This document shows positions 18,824 to 27,445 of a stretch of DNA of 64,000 nucleotides, in pieces. Below the pieces are notes generated by a model. It was not told the DNA's origin. It saw only the letters and a program-made list of their open reading frames with translations, and did no database searches. The first letter of the stretch is position 1. Each line of letters opens with the position of its first letter. Where the stretch lies: sequence record MT764208.1; one strand, written 5' to 3'. This DNA comes from Escherichia phage JEP8. The position numbers and the translations under genes were made by a program.

Positions 18824-19636
18824 TCAATCTACGTTAGTTACATAAACTTCTTGCGTATCAGAAGACTTACCACCTGAACGATCTAGGCAATAGGTCTTAT
18901 TCAACAGGACGCAGTTTAAATCATTCCGCTTGATAAAGTCAAGGAGATGATCATTTACCTTTCCCTTATGATGTGTGACATTACTGATACCAAACTGAAA
19001 ACCACGCGCCATAATAGATTCTACCCACTGATAGAATTTAATCTCTTCCTCGTTACTCCAGAACTTATTGTATTCCGCAGAAGTGATAAGGTACGGCGGG
19101 TCCAAATAAACGAAATCACCTGGCAAGATCTCGATCTCGTCATAGCGACCAGACGTAAAACTGATTCGACCGTCTTTGTTTTCTTCCTTAAAATTCAGGA
19201 CACGCTCTACCGCGTTTTCGTTAAAAGTCCGGCGACCAAAATTAGCATTAAATTCTCCCTTTCGGTTATGGCGGTTAATGTTGCTAAAACTGTGCTGAAT
19301 CAACACAAACAGAGATAGCGGATCTGGATTCTCGTTATACTTCTTACGGAATATCATGTAAGCGTCTTTATCATCACGAGACAAATCATTTTCGGCAATA
19401 ATACGCTTGATCGTAGAAACCGGATCAGGACACTCGTCAATCGCTTTGTACGCGTCAATTAAGCGGTGATCATAGTCATTAGCCAGCACATCACCTTCGA
19501 CGTACAGAGACACGCTCAAGCCGCCACAGAAGGCATCAACAAAGCGGTTATAGCGCTTAGGGAAATACTTACTAACACCGGGCAATAGCTTTTCCTTATT
19601 GCCAGTATAGGGAATTAAACCTAATGCTTTCTTCAT
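18824..19636 (-). CDS. dam: DNA N6-adenine methyltransferase Dam
   Basis: 270 aa; PYTGNKEKLLP...FVDAFCGGLSVS...DFVYLDPPYLIT...YNKFW match T4 Dam as recalled; DPPY catalytic motif. Confidence 0.88.
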   Translation of the reverse strand: MKKALGLIPYTGNKEKLLPGVSKYFPKRYNRFVDAFCGGLSVSLYVEGDVLANDYDHRLIDAYKAIDECPDPVSTIKRIIAENDLSRDDKDAYMIFRKKYNENPDPLSLFVLIQHSFSNINRHNRKGEFNANFGRRTFNENAVERVLNFKEENKDGRISFTSGRYDEIEILPGDFVYLDPPYLITSAEYNKFWSNEEEIKFYQWVESIMARGFQFGISNVTHHKGKVNDHLLDFIKRNDLNCVLLNKTYCLDRSGGKSSDTQEVYVTNVD

Positions 19637-20067
19637 TATCCCTTCCTCAAATAAGTTCGCTCAATCTCTACCAGTTCGAAAAAATCTTGCCAGTCGCAAG
19701 GAAAATTGCAGTTTCCGAAATGATCCTCTTTGTAAAGTTCTTTACCGGATGGCAGCTTAATATCTGTTACGCTGTAGTATCCGCAACAATCGCAATCACC
19801 ATCTGTATATTCTGTTTTGGTAGGAATATCCATCATTGCCAGATACAAAGGTACATCGTCTTGCTCAAAGTTCATGTAACCTTCATGGTCGAATGAAACA
19901 AAGTTATCATCGCCACCGAAAGGGATATAATGGTCATAATCGGTTACAGGTTGACCGTGCAATTCCCATTCTACAATTTTAACATTACCGCTAAACTTGA
20001 TGCCCATAATTTCAACAAGAAAATGAGTATCGTCAATGTAAATCTTACTAGGAGTTGGATAACCCAT
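19636..20067 (-). CDS. Hypothetical Cys-rich protein
   Basis: 143 aa; DGDCDCCGYY...GNCNFPCDW. Confidence 0.5.
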   Translation of the reverse strand: MGYPTPSKIYIDDTHFLVEIMGIKFSGNVKIVEWELHGQPVTDYDHYIPFGGDDNFVSFDHEGYMNFEQDDVPLYLAMMDIPTKTEYTDGDCDCCGYYSVTDIKLPSGKELYKEDHFGNCNFPCDWQDFFELVEIERTYLRKG

Positions 20068-20077
20068 TATATAATCC

Positions 20078-20374
20078 TCATATCTCAGAGAATAGAATCT
20101 CTGTTAGCTTCACTGACTGCTCTCTGAATGTTAGCGTATACTCGAAAGGAAAGTCAACACCCAACTTCAAAAGAGAATAGCCTACCGCCTCTTTATGCTT
20201 ATCGGTTAGGGCGATCCTAACCAATTCCCGTTGAATCTCTTTAGGCGGTGAATGGATAGTAACACGGGTATCATGTAATGTCCAGTCACCATTTCGAATT
20301 AAGATTAACGGTTTATCATCATTGAAGATCACCGACCCCTTTCCGGTCGGTGAATGTTTTATATTAATCATCAA
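20078..20374 (-). CDS. Hypothetical protein
   Basis: 98-aa ORF, co-oriented. Confidence 0.45.
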   Translation of the reverse strand: MMINIKHSPTGKGSVIFNDDKPLILIRNGDWTLHDTRVTIHSPPKEIQRELVRIALTDKHKEAVGYSLLKLGVDFPFEYTLTFREQSVKLTEILFSEI

Positions 20375-20585
20375 ATTCTAAGAAATATTCTGGAACGATA
20401 TAACCGTTAAAGTCATTGCACTTATAAAAATGTGGTGCATTCAATGCTGGATGAGCATTAGTAAAGAGTTTACCCTCTAGAAACAGAATGTAATTAATCG
20501 GTCTAATACCGACAGAATCAGGATCTAAACCTTTTTCTTTCAGTTCAGCCAGCGTTAAAACTCGTCCAGATCGTAACTTAGCCAT
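20364..20585 (-). CDS. Hypothetical protein
   Basis: 73-aa ORF. Confidence 0.4.
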   Translation of the reverse strand: MAKLRSGRVLTLAELKEKGLDPDSVGIRPINYILFLEGKLFTNAHPALNAPHFYKCNDFNGYIVPEYFLEFDD

Positions 20586-20871
20586 GATTTACCCCCAATT
20601 CATCAAGATTATGTCGCAGCATTTCAGAGTATTTTTCTACTTCCTTGATCTTAGTGTGGATCTCCACGATCTCATCTTCACTATCAGATAGTTTAATGGC
20701 AATCGCGAGCGTGCTTTTACCAGCTTTCATAGTCTCTTTCCGTTCAACCAATAGATCCGCGTGTTTCAATAGCAATTCTTCACGTCGAACATAAGCGACG
20801 GTCAAAGCCTCATCAGCGATTTCTAAAGCATTTTCAGCGACACCAACAACCATTTTACGAGTAGACAGCAT
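20578..20871 (-). CDS. Hypothetical protein
   Basis: 97-aa ORF, helical/charged. Confidence 0.45.
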   Translation of the reverse strand: MLSTRKMVVGVAENALEIADEALTVAYVRREELLLKHADLLVERKETMKAGKSTLAIAIKLSDSEDEIVEIHTKIKEVEKYSEMLRHNLDELGVNHG

Positions 20872-20885
20872 AAATTCACCTCACA

Positions 20886-21194
20886 TTATTTCACGTTAAC
20901 GCCGTCATCAATCCAGCCGACGCTATTTTGTTTAACAGTTTTACCATAGGATGCATACTTAATCAAGCATGGTTTAACATCATTATCAAATCTTCCTAAA
21001 CGTACTCCCAAATCAGGAATATCCATGTATGCGGCTTTATATCCCCATGTGCCGTATTCAGAATCAATCTCAACCGGACGGCCTTTAAAAGCATACACTA
21101 CACCGTGACGGTCAACGATAACATAGCGATAGCCAGCCGGAAGATACACAGTTTCGCCGTAAACTTTAACTGGAGTAGCAGAAGAGATAAACAT
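20886..21194 (-). CDS. Hypothetical protein
   Basis: Start moved to MFISSATPVKVYG after SD GAGGA. Confidence 0.45.
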   Translation of the reverse strand: MFISSATPVKVYGETVYLPAGYRYVIVDRHGVVYAFKGRPVEIDSEYGTWGYKAAYMDIPDLGVRLGRFDNDVKPCLIKYASYGKTVKQNSVGWIDDGVNVK

Positions 21195-21220
21195 AATATA
21201 ATCCTCACATCGTTCATTTG

Positions 21221-21257
21221 ATGCGGTCATTATATGATAACCGCATTTTCATGTCAA
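21221..21257 (-). promoter_or_regulatory. PeSL-like early promoter
   Basis: Minus strand TTGACA tgaaaatgcggttatca TATAAT; gcggt/accgc hairpin spans the -10. Confidence 0.45.
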
Positions 21258-21264
21258 CAGTTTT

Positions 21265-21603
21265 TTAAAAATCTTCTTCCGGTTTATATCGACCGTCATC
21301 GACTGGTTTTGGACTGAATCCTTTATGCGTGCGCGGCTTCGCTTCCGGTTTACCAGCAATCATCAAACCAAAACATTTCAGCCCCTTATAACACATAACA
21401 ATATCAACCACGGTCCACGTTATAGGCCATACGATTGCAGCAATACAAAATGCTCCTGTATCGACCTCTTTGGTGTCCTTGTCGAATCTGGCGTACAAGC
21501 AGAATACTAGATACGAGATCATTGCACCAGTAGTCCAGATATAAAGCACATTAACAATATCTTGTGTTGTCACATTATCCTCCTTACATGTCTTGCAGTG
21601 CAT
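21265..21603 (-). CDS. Hypothetical membrane protein (start uncertain)
   Basis: Two hydrophobic segments (LYIWTTGAMISYLVFCLYA, AFCIAAIVWPITWTVVDIV). Confidence 0.4.
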   Translation of the reverse strand: MHCKTCKEDNVTTQDIVNVLYIWTTGAMISYLVFCLYARFDKDTKEVDTGAFCIAAIVWPITWTVVDIVMCYKGLKCFGLMIAGKPEAKPRTHKGFSPKPVDDGRYKPEEDF

Positions 21604-21862
21604 AAAAGCATTTTTCTTCATAGTCATAGAAAATGTCAAAGTATGCTTTTTCCACATACTCGCCATTAATCCAAGCGGCAGTAACAATCAGAGTGGTCCA
21701 GTTAGATCCGCTCTCAACGGTAAAGGTTTTAATACCCAGCTTCGCTGCCAAGTCGAACGCAAACCGGACGCAACCACGGCAGGAAGTGATATTGGAAGTT
21801 TTGATTTTAAAGCCACCGCGAGTTTTAGAAATTTCTACTTTAGCGAAAGACAGGTTGCTCAT
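21584..21862 (-). CDS. Hypothetical protein
   Basis: 92 aa from ATG (MSNLSFAKVEI...) after cassette RBS AGGAGAATCAAA. Confidence 0.5.
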   Translation of the reverse strand: MSNLSFAKVEISKTRGGFKIKTSNITSCRGCVRFAFDLAAKLGIKTFTVESGSNWTTLIVTAAWINGEYVEKAYFDIFYDYEEKCFYALQDM

Positions 21863-21904
21863 TTTGATTCTCCTTAAGAAAGTGTGTTTCGTTTTGATGT
21901 GTGT

Positions 21905-21933
21905 AGTATAGGGGATCACCGATCCCCTGTCAA
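21905..21933 (-). promoter_or_regulatory. PeSL-like early promoter
   Basis: Minus strand TTGACA ggggatcggtgatcccc TATACT; perfect 17-nt hairpin spacer. Confidence 0.6.
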
Positions 21934-21941
21934 CAACTTTT

Positions 21942-22205
21942 TTATGATTTTAGTGAATTAACCACCACATCAAAATGATGTACAGAGTACACCTTATTAA
22001 ACACATATTCATCGTGTTTAGGAATCGCCCCTAATCGCTCTATTTCGCTCGCTAACACGATAAAACGTTTATCCGGTGCATTTACCTTATATGCTTCAAC
22101 AACGCACGGAAAACGCGTTTTAGCGAGTTCGGGATAGTTTTCTGACTCCATCAGGACAATGAATACCCTATTACATTGATTGTAGAATCCGGTTTTTGAT
22201 TTCAT
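21942..22205 (-). CDS. Hypothetical protein (start uncertain)
   Basis: ORF track 21942-22271 begins with GTG; likely ATG at MKSKTGFYNQ. Confidence 0.35.
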   Translation of the reverse strand: MKSKTGFYNQCNRVFIVLMESENYPELAKTRFPCVVEAYKVNAPDKRFIVLASEIERLGAIPKHDEYVFNKVYSVHHFDVVVNSLKS

Positions 22206-22509
22206 CAAGTTTTCTTCTCTGTGAAATTCGTGCAATCTTCCTTTCATGATTTCGTTGGTTCTTGTCTTCACAGTTTACCCACTCAACAAGGTCTTTACCT
22301 AACTCGAAAGCCCATTCTCGGTCCTGCTTTACGTTTTGTAGGTATGGACTTTCCGACACTCGAAGAAGTGATCTTGTCGTAACAAGAATGATCTCAGGAA
22401 TGTTCGGATGTTCCTTTCCATATACAATAGGACGCGAGTCACTATCAATACCCTGTAAGAAGGTGTATCCTGAATCACTTAGAATCATATACTTTTTCAT
22501 TTCACACAT
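22171..22509 (-). CDS. Hypothetical protein
   Basis: 112 aa from ATG after SD GAGGAA. Confidence 0.45.
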   Translation of the reverse strand: MCEMKKYMILSDSGYTFLQGIDSDSRPIVYGKEHPNIPEIILVTTRSLLRVSESPYLQNVKQDREWAFELGKDLVEWVNCEDKNQRNHERKIARISQRRKLDEIKNRILQSM

Positions 22510-22766
22510 CACAGTTTCCTCAACCAGTTATTAAAGCGAGCAAACCATGACGCTTTTCGTGCTTCTTTTACTTTATGTGCACGCAAACCACTGAAACACC
22601 ATTCATAATCATCACTGAAATATGATTCAACAGGAACACCCGCATTTCGTAGTTCTCTGGTCTTTATCATGAATCCTTGACATAAGGGGCGACCTTCAAC
22701 AATGATAGGAAGTTTAACTTTTTCCATGAAAGTATACCCAGCACGGTCAATAATTTCAATTTTCAT
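22509..22766 (-). CDS. Hypothetical protein
   Basis: 85 aa; SD GGAGATAA. Confidence 0.45.
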   Translation of the reverse strand: MKIEIIDRAGYTFMEKVKLPIIVEGRPLCQGFMIKTRELRNAGVPVESYFSDDYEWCFSGLRAHKVKEARKASWFARFNNWLRKL

Positions 22767-23010
22767 TTACATTATCTCCATAGATCTTTCCATCAATATC
22801 AATTTCACCAGCACGAACATCTAGGATAAGATGCGGTAGGTGAATGCAGTTTTCCCACCCTACTCGCTTCATTTCTGAAACAGTGACGTAAGCCCACCCG
22901 TTCGCTGTAATAAAGTCTACTTCAACCTTGAGAGGAAAGCAAGACTTTTCTATGTCTTCAAATCCGATAATGTGTTTTGTCGTTGAATATGGAATATATC
23001 CGGTGATCAT
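22756..23010 (-). CDS. Hypothetical protein
   Basis: 84 aa; SD AAGGAGA. Confidence 0.45.
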   Translation of the reverse strand: MITGYIPYSTTKHIIGFEDIEKSCFPLKVEVDFITANGWAYVTVSEMKRVGWENCIHLPHLILDVRAGEIDIDGKIYGDNVNEN

Positions 23011-23441
23011 TTTGTGATCTCCTTATACTCAACACACCATAAGCGGGTAGCCCATGATAAACGCTCATAACGCTGGCAGAAATCGGACCATAGATATTGT
23101 GTACCGTCTTGCATGGTTGAAATATGCGTTTTCTCACCTACTTTCACGAAAGAAGTATTCGATTTTGTGATCTCGACCGGAGTATATCCGAAAGCGGGTT
23201 CCAAGCCAACATCTGAACTAAATGCCAATTTAACAGAATTTGTTTTTCTGACCGCTGTCCGGTTTCCTTCTGGGTACAGCACAGCAGGTTTAGCGCCTAA
23301 GCGGATAAACTCAGTGTTTTTAATAAACAGAATATCATGATAACCGTCATATTCCGACACTTCCATAGTAACAGGAAAATCGACATGTTCTAAACCTGGT
23401 AGATCTCGCATATCATGAAAGGTCGCCATCAACTTTTTCAT
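23007..23441 (-). CDS. Hypothetical protein
   Basis: Start moved to MKKLMATFHDM after SD GAGGAA. Confidence 0.45.
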   Translation of the reverse strand: MKKLMATFHDMRDLPGLEHVDFPVTMEVSEYDGYHDILFIKNTEFIRLGAKPAVLYPEGNRTAVRKTNSVKLAFSSDVGLEPAFGYTPVEITKSNTSFVKVGEKTHISTMQDGTQYLWSDFCQRYERLSWATRLWCVEYKEITK

Positions 23442-23451
23442 TCTATATTCC

Positions 23452-23649
23452 TCACTCTTCTGTTTCATTTCTTTTATATGGTACTATAACAGGATTAATA
23501 CAGCAAGCACCAATTACGTTATGAGCACCACAATTTAAGCATTTATAATCATGGAACTTATTAAGGAATCGACCAAACTCATAACCGACTAGCGCCGCAT
23601 GTACTTGAGTCTCGATCTCATCCATATCAGCCAATGTTTTAACCTTCAT
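23452..23649 (-). CDS. Hypothetical small Cys-containing protein
   Basis: Start moved to MKVKTLADMDEI after SD GAGGA; contains CLNCG...CC. Confidence 0.4.
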   Translation of the reverse strand: MKVKTLADMDEIETQVHAALVGYEFGRFLNKFHDYKCLNCGAHNVIGACCINPVIVPYKRNETEE

Positions 23650-23659
23650 AATATAATCC

Positions 23660-23950
23660 TCAAATTGTAGTTTTGCGAAGATGGTCATTACATGCTTTTA
23701 ATGCATCGGTCGCGGTGTCATAGCGAGTATTATCATAGCACCAATAACCATCTGTCAACTGATAAATTAATCCATCCTTTTTAGCTTCGATGAAAGACAA
23801 TTCTTTGAAAGTTTCTACTTTCTTTGCTGATACTCCACGGTCACGTCGCTTATACAGTTTAGCTAAAATGCGTTCAGCTTGTTCCTCTTTATCTCCAGAC
23901 AGATCCCAGATGATGTTTCGGATATGCTTGATTAATTGTTCAGTGGTCAT
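23660..23950 (-). CDS. Hypothetical protein
   Basis: 96 aa after cassette RBS AGGAGAATCAAAG. Confidence 0.5.
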   Translation of the reverse strand: MTTEQLIKHIRNIIWDLSGDKEEQAERILAKLYKRRDRGVSAKKVETFKELSFIEAKKDGLIYQLTDGYWCYDNTRYDTATDALKACNDHLRKTTI

Positions 23951-23969
23951 CTTTGATTCTCCTTAGTTG

Positions 23970-23997
23970 GTATGCGTGCATTATAGCATTGTGATTA
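23970..23997 (-). promoter_or_regulatory. Early promoter (TTGACA-16/17-TATAAT) with conserved leader
   Basis: Minus strand TTGACA ...TATAAT then leader and GGAGAATCAAAG. Confidence 0.5.
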
Positions 23998-24051
23998 TCT
24001 TTGTCAACACCCAAAAACAAAAAAGGCTACCCCGAAGGATAGCCCATAAAA

Positions 24052-24831
24052 TTACACGCGAGCACCGTAGATCGTGCCTACTTTATCCCAGCGAGGGGCA
24101 TTGCCAGTAACAGCCTTACCAGCCGCTCCGCCATTATATTCCGATCCCCGTCCACGGATATTACATTTACCACCAGCGCCACCAGCATCACCACCGTTAC
24201 CGCCATTATATACACCGTTGACAGACCCTTTACCTGGCGCGGAAATAGTACCAGCAGTAGCACCCTGTTCCATTTTAGCAGACCCACCAGCAGCGCCAAA
24301 TGGACGACCGCCGCCACCTCCAAAAGTCAATTTCATTTGTGGAAAAGGAGACCAGTATCCTCCGCCACCACCACCACCGCCACCGCAAATAGCGCCGTTA
24401 TTTGTGATGCGTAAGCGTGTGCCTATACCGTTGTTAATTGCATTACCACCAGCACCACCAGCGGAGTTATTGCCACCATTACCACCACGCCCCCAAACAT
24501 GAACACCTGCATTAATGATCAATGTTACATATTCGTTTGTTAACGAGCTAGGGAAGTCAAGACAAGGAACGCCAGTAGATTGGGAAACAATATTACCCGT
24601 GATAGTAATTACTACCGGAGTAGATCCTTGTGCTTTCATCCAGTTAATAAGAGTGTCTTTATTGTAAGAGTTACTAGCACCAATGCTATAATGAATCTCT
24701 TTAGAGCGTCCGACCATTGCCGACATATACGCCGGACGACCTAAGCGTACAGCTTGCATTGCGGCGCTCATCCACCGTTGACCAGTCTCGGACACCGCAG
24801 ATGATCCTACCCATCCAGAAGATATTGCCAT
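24052..24831 (-). CDS. Glycine-rich protein resembling T2/T6-type gp38 tail-fibre adhesin
   Basis: 259 aa; N-terminus MAISSGWVGSSAVSETGQRWMSAAMQAVRLG..., then glycine-rich blocks (GRGGNGGNNSAGGAGGN, GGGGGGGGGYW, GGGGGRPFGAAGG, GGNGGDAGGAGG). Resemblance to gp38 is from memory, not a search. Confidence 0.55.
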   Translation of the reverse strand: MAISSGWVGSSAVSETGQRWMSAAMQAVRLGRPAYMSAMVGRSKEIHYSIGASNSYNKDTLINWMKAQGSTPVVITITGNIVSQSTGVPCLDFPSSLTNEYVTLIINAGVHVWGRGGNGGNNSAGGAGGNAINNGIGTRLRITNNGAICGGGGGGGGGYWSPFPQMKLTFGGGGGRPFGAAGGSAKMEQGATAGTISAPGKGSVNGVYNGGNGGDAGGAGGKCNIRGRGSEYNGGAAGKAVTGNAPRWDKVGTIYGARV

Positions 24832-24845
24832 AAAATTTCCTCACA

Positions 24846-24868
24846 AGAAAAGCCCCAATTAAGGGGCA
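24846..24868 (-). terminator. Rho-independent terminator (minus strand)
   Basis: Hairpin gccccttaattggggc followed by TTTTCTTGT, directly upstream of the gp38-like gene. Confidence 0.5.
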
Positions 24869-24885
24869 TTGATTGATAATATTAC

Positions 24886-25107
24886 TTAGATGACCTCTGC
24901 TTCACCATCCAGGAAGAAAGACCATGTTTTGTTAGGATAGCGAAGCGCCCATGATTCAGCAGTTTTAACACCAGCTTCGAACAATTGACGGCTGGTTACT
25001 TTAGCCATACCATCTTCGATGGCAACGTTTTCAATAATCATCGGGTACTTAGCGCCACGCATGAAACCGAAACCAGCGGAAGATTTGATAATTTTAACAG
25101 TTGCCAT
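24886..25107 (-). CDS. Hypothetical protein
   Basis: 73 aa after cassette RBS AGGAGAATCAAAA. Confidence 0.5.
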   Translation of the reverse strand: MATVKIIKSSAGFGFMRGAKYPMIIENVAIEDGMAKVTSRQLFEAGVKTAESWALRYPNKTWSFFLDGEAEVI

Positions 25108-25148
25108 TTTTGATTCTCCTAGAAAGTGTATCTCGTTTCGATGTGTGT

Positions 25149-25177
25149 ATTATGCAATAACACCGGAACGCTGTCAA
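25149..25177 (-). promoter_or_regulatory. Early promoter (TTGACA-17-CATAAT) with conserved leader
   Basis: Minus strand TTGACA gcgttccggtgttattg CATAAT then CACACATCGAAACGAGATACAC leader. Confidence 0.5.
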
Positions 25178-25195
25178 CACTTTCTAAGAAAAATT

Positions 25196-25480
25196 TTAAA
25201 CTAATCGAATGTAGCCCAAAATTTCAGCACTTTTAGCCAGATCTAAAATTTCCCATTCAAGATCGCCGTAGTCATAATTTGCAACCATCAACTGACCATT
25301 TTTCATGCAGCAATCATGAGAGAAAATTTGCCCCGCATAAACTACGATAGTGATAAACTTTCCTGATTCTGGCGGTGTGGAAGACAAAGCGACCATATGA
25401 CCATTCAGCTTAGTCACCAGTGATGGAACAATAAAATTCGGGCTTACCTTAATACCGTTAAATTCGTTTGTGTCTTTCAT
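25196..25480 (-). CDS. Hypothetical protein
   Basis: 94-aa ORF. Confidence 0.45.
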   Translation of the reverse strand: MKDTNEFNGIKVSPNFIVPSLVTKLNGHMVALSSTPPESGKFITIVVYAGQIFSHDCCMKNGQLMVANYDYGDLEWEILDLAKSAEILGYIRLV

Positions 25481-25827
25481 GCCAGACCTCGCAAAACACT
25501 AATAGCATAATCATGCTGGTTATTCATAATATCAATTGCATTGTGATAACGAGCTAAACCATCAAGGATAAATTCTTGTTTATCCTGTTTCAGTTTGGTA
25601 TCACGCGCAGCCATAAGAGCATCGAGAACAGGTCCAAAGTGATTATCTAATTCATCTTCGGTTGCAATGTTTCCTATTGCCTCGTCGATCCGTGATTCTA
25701 ATGCTTGCTTTTCGTTGATCACTTGCTGGGTATATTCCAACACATCAAGAATATCGCGGGTAACGTCGCCGTGATAAGGTATTCCCGCATGAAGATGATC
25801 AATTAATCGCTGAATATCGATGTTCAT
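25477..25827 (-). CDS. Hypothetical protein
   Basis: 116-aa ORF, helical. Confidence 0.45.
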   Translation of the reverse strand: MNIDIQRLIDHLHAGIPYHGDVTRDILDVLEYTQQVINEKQALESRIDEAIGNIATEDELDNHFGPVLDALMAARDTKLKQDKQEFILDGLARYHNAIDIMNNQHDYAISVLRGLA

Positions 25828-26162
25828 TTGTAACCCTCCTCTGAAAGCACATCCCAGATCGTTGAGTCAAGGTGCATTAAATTCCACATAATAGAGTCAT
25901 AACTACCGAAGCCAGAAGTAAAAATTACATCACACTGGCGATAGGTCTTATGAAAATCGGTGGCTGTCTCTGCATCAATCGGCATATCGTCACCAGAAAG
26001 CACCAGACATTTAAGAATCATAACTCTGTTAGCCGTTGGCGCTTGCTTAGTCTTTTCAGCATATTTTTCGATGATCCGTTTTGCCTTTTCTTCTTTGATA
26101 CGTCCAGACCAAATCCGGTTTCGGTATTGATTCATAATAATTTCAATCACATCATTTTGCAT
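25824..26162 (-). CDS. Hypothetical protein
   Basis: 112-aa ORF. Confidence 0.45.
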   Translation of the reverse strand: MQNDVIEIIMNQYRNRIWSGRIKEEKAKRIIEKYAEKTKQAPTANRVMILKCLVLSGDDMPIDAETATDFHKTYRQCDVIFTSGFGSYDSIMWNLMHLDSTIWDVLSEEGYK

Positions 26163-26361
26163 TCTTCACGGTCTCCATAATTGTTTTGTAAGCCAGTTTA
26201 AGATGATCACCGAAAAACTTTGCAGTGTTACCCTTCGGATCGCGGAGCATGGTTTCTACGATCTCATCGGCAGTAACAATTTCTCCTTTCTTTGCTGCAT
26301 GTTCTACCATATACTTCAAAGTTTCTTCGGAAGCAAGTGCTGCGGCTACTGGATTAATCAT
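26152..26361 (-). CDS. Hypothetical protein
   Basis: 69 aa after cassette RBS AAGGAGAATCAAA. Confidence 0.45.
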   Translation of the reverse strand: MINPVAAALASEETLKYMVEHAAKKGEIVTADEIVETMLRDPKGNTAKFFGDHLKLAYKTIMETVKNAK

Positions 26362-26390
26362 TTTGATTCTCCTTTGTTGTCGATGTATGC

Positions 26391-26419
26391 ATTATGCTAT
26401 ACCCTATTCCGGTTGTCAA
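26391..26419 (-). promoter_or_regulatory. Early promoter (TTGACA-17-CATAAT)
   Basis: Minus strand TTGACA accggaatagggtatag CATAAT. Confidence 0.5.
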
Positions 26420-26430
26420 CACCTAAAAAC

Positions 26431-26460
26431 GAAAAAGCCACCCTTTCGGATGGCTTTTGA
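26431..26460 (-). terminator. Rho-independent terminator (possibly bidirectional)
   Basis: Hairpin agccatccgaaagggtggct flanked by A-run and T-run. Confidence 0.55.
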
Positions 26461-26688
26461 TTATATTTTATTCTAATCCATTTGTATAGTAGTGTTTGAA
26501 TCGACCTTTGCTAAACTCGTTAAACATAGTAACCAATTTACCACCACTTTCCAATGATAGCACTTCCTCGTCTTAGACGGGTCTTCCGATTCGGCAGTAA
26601 TTGAACACGCGAAAGTATGAGGAAGCCAAATAGTTGTGTTAATGCTAGTATTCTTTTACTTCTGGTATGCATCCCACAGTGACTAACA

Positions 26689-27087
26689 TTAAGCCAGTCG
26701 AGTGAGTTTATAAATTGTTTTAAAGCATAGAGCTTTGATATCGTCTAAAACGCTCTGTAACGAGCTATCAACATCATTATAAATCTCACTAGCCATTTGC
26801 GTTAACTCTTGCAAATAGGCAATTTCGCTCATCTCCTTGCGGACGACCAACGTTGGCTGATAACGACCAGTGATCCCAATATTGGTTTCAGTGAAATCAT
26901 CAACCAATTCTTGCATTTCAAGATAGAACTCTTCTAGAGCCTTATGTTTTGCATAAGATCCAGGACCAGTTACTCCAAAATGCGCAGAATGCATATAAGT
27001 AACACTCATCAGACATTCACCGATAAAGCGGTCAACTTTATTAGCTTTCCCCTCTTCGGACGTCTTTAGAAAATCAATGAATTTCAT
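26689..27087 (-). CDS. Hypothetical protein
   Basis: Start moved to MKFIDFLKTSEEG after SD GGAGAA. Confidence 0.45.
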   Translation of the reverse strand: MKFIDFLKTSEEGKANKVDRFIGECLMSVTYMHSAHFGVTGPGSYAKHKALEEFYLEMQELVDDFTETNIGITGRYQPTLVVRKEMSEIAYLQELTQMASEIYNDVDSSLQSVLDDIKALCFKTIYKLTRLA

Positions 27088-27376
27088 GTTCTTTATTCTC
27101 CATATTATGCAACATAACAAACTGTTGTGCGGCATATTCCCCCATAATAAAACACTGCTTAGAATCCATACATTTACTACGAGCATACATCTTCATAATA
27201 TGGGCATGAAATTTCTGGCTGGTTTCAATGGAAGGAGATATTTTGTTTACATATACTATCATTGCACCGTCGAAATAATCAGTAAAGTCACCAGTTGGAT
27301 CATATTGATCAGCACTGACGCTTCCGACCGCAGTAAAGCATATTGCCGCTGTTAGAGTTTTACGAATAAATGACAT
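27074..27376 (-). CDS. Secreted/periplasmic protein with signal peptide
   Basis: 100 aa; N-terminal MSFIRKTLTAAICFTAVGSVSA looks like a cleavable signal peptide. Confidence 0.5.
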   Translation of the reverse strand: MSFIRKTLTAAICFTAVGSVSADQYDPTGDFTDYFDGAMIVYVNKISPSIETSQKFHAHIMKMYARSKCMDSKQCFIMGEYAAQQFVMLHNMENKEHEIH

Positions 27377-27445
27377 AAGTCATTCCCCCAGATTTAAAAA
27401 TATTCAGTTATATTTATAATCTGGGGCTTTATTTATGATTAACTC

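Noticed and set aside
24074-24502. Plus-strand ORF encoding a proline-rich 142-aa protein (PPPPPPPPP)
   Set aside because: It is the antisense reading of the GGN-rich glycine tracts of the minus-strand gp38-like gene; no SD, wrong strand for the region.
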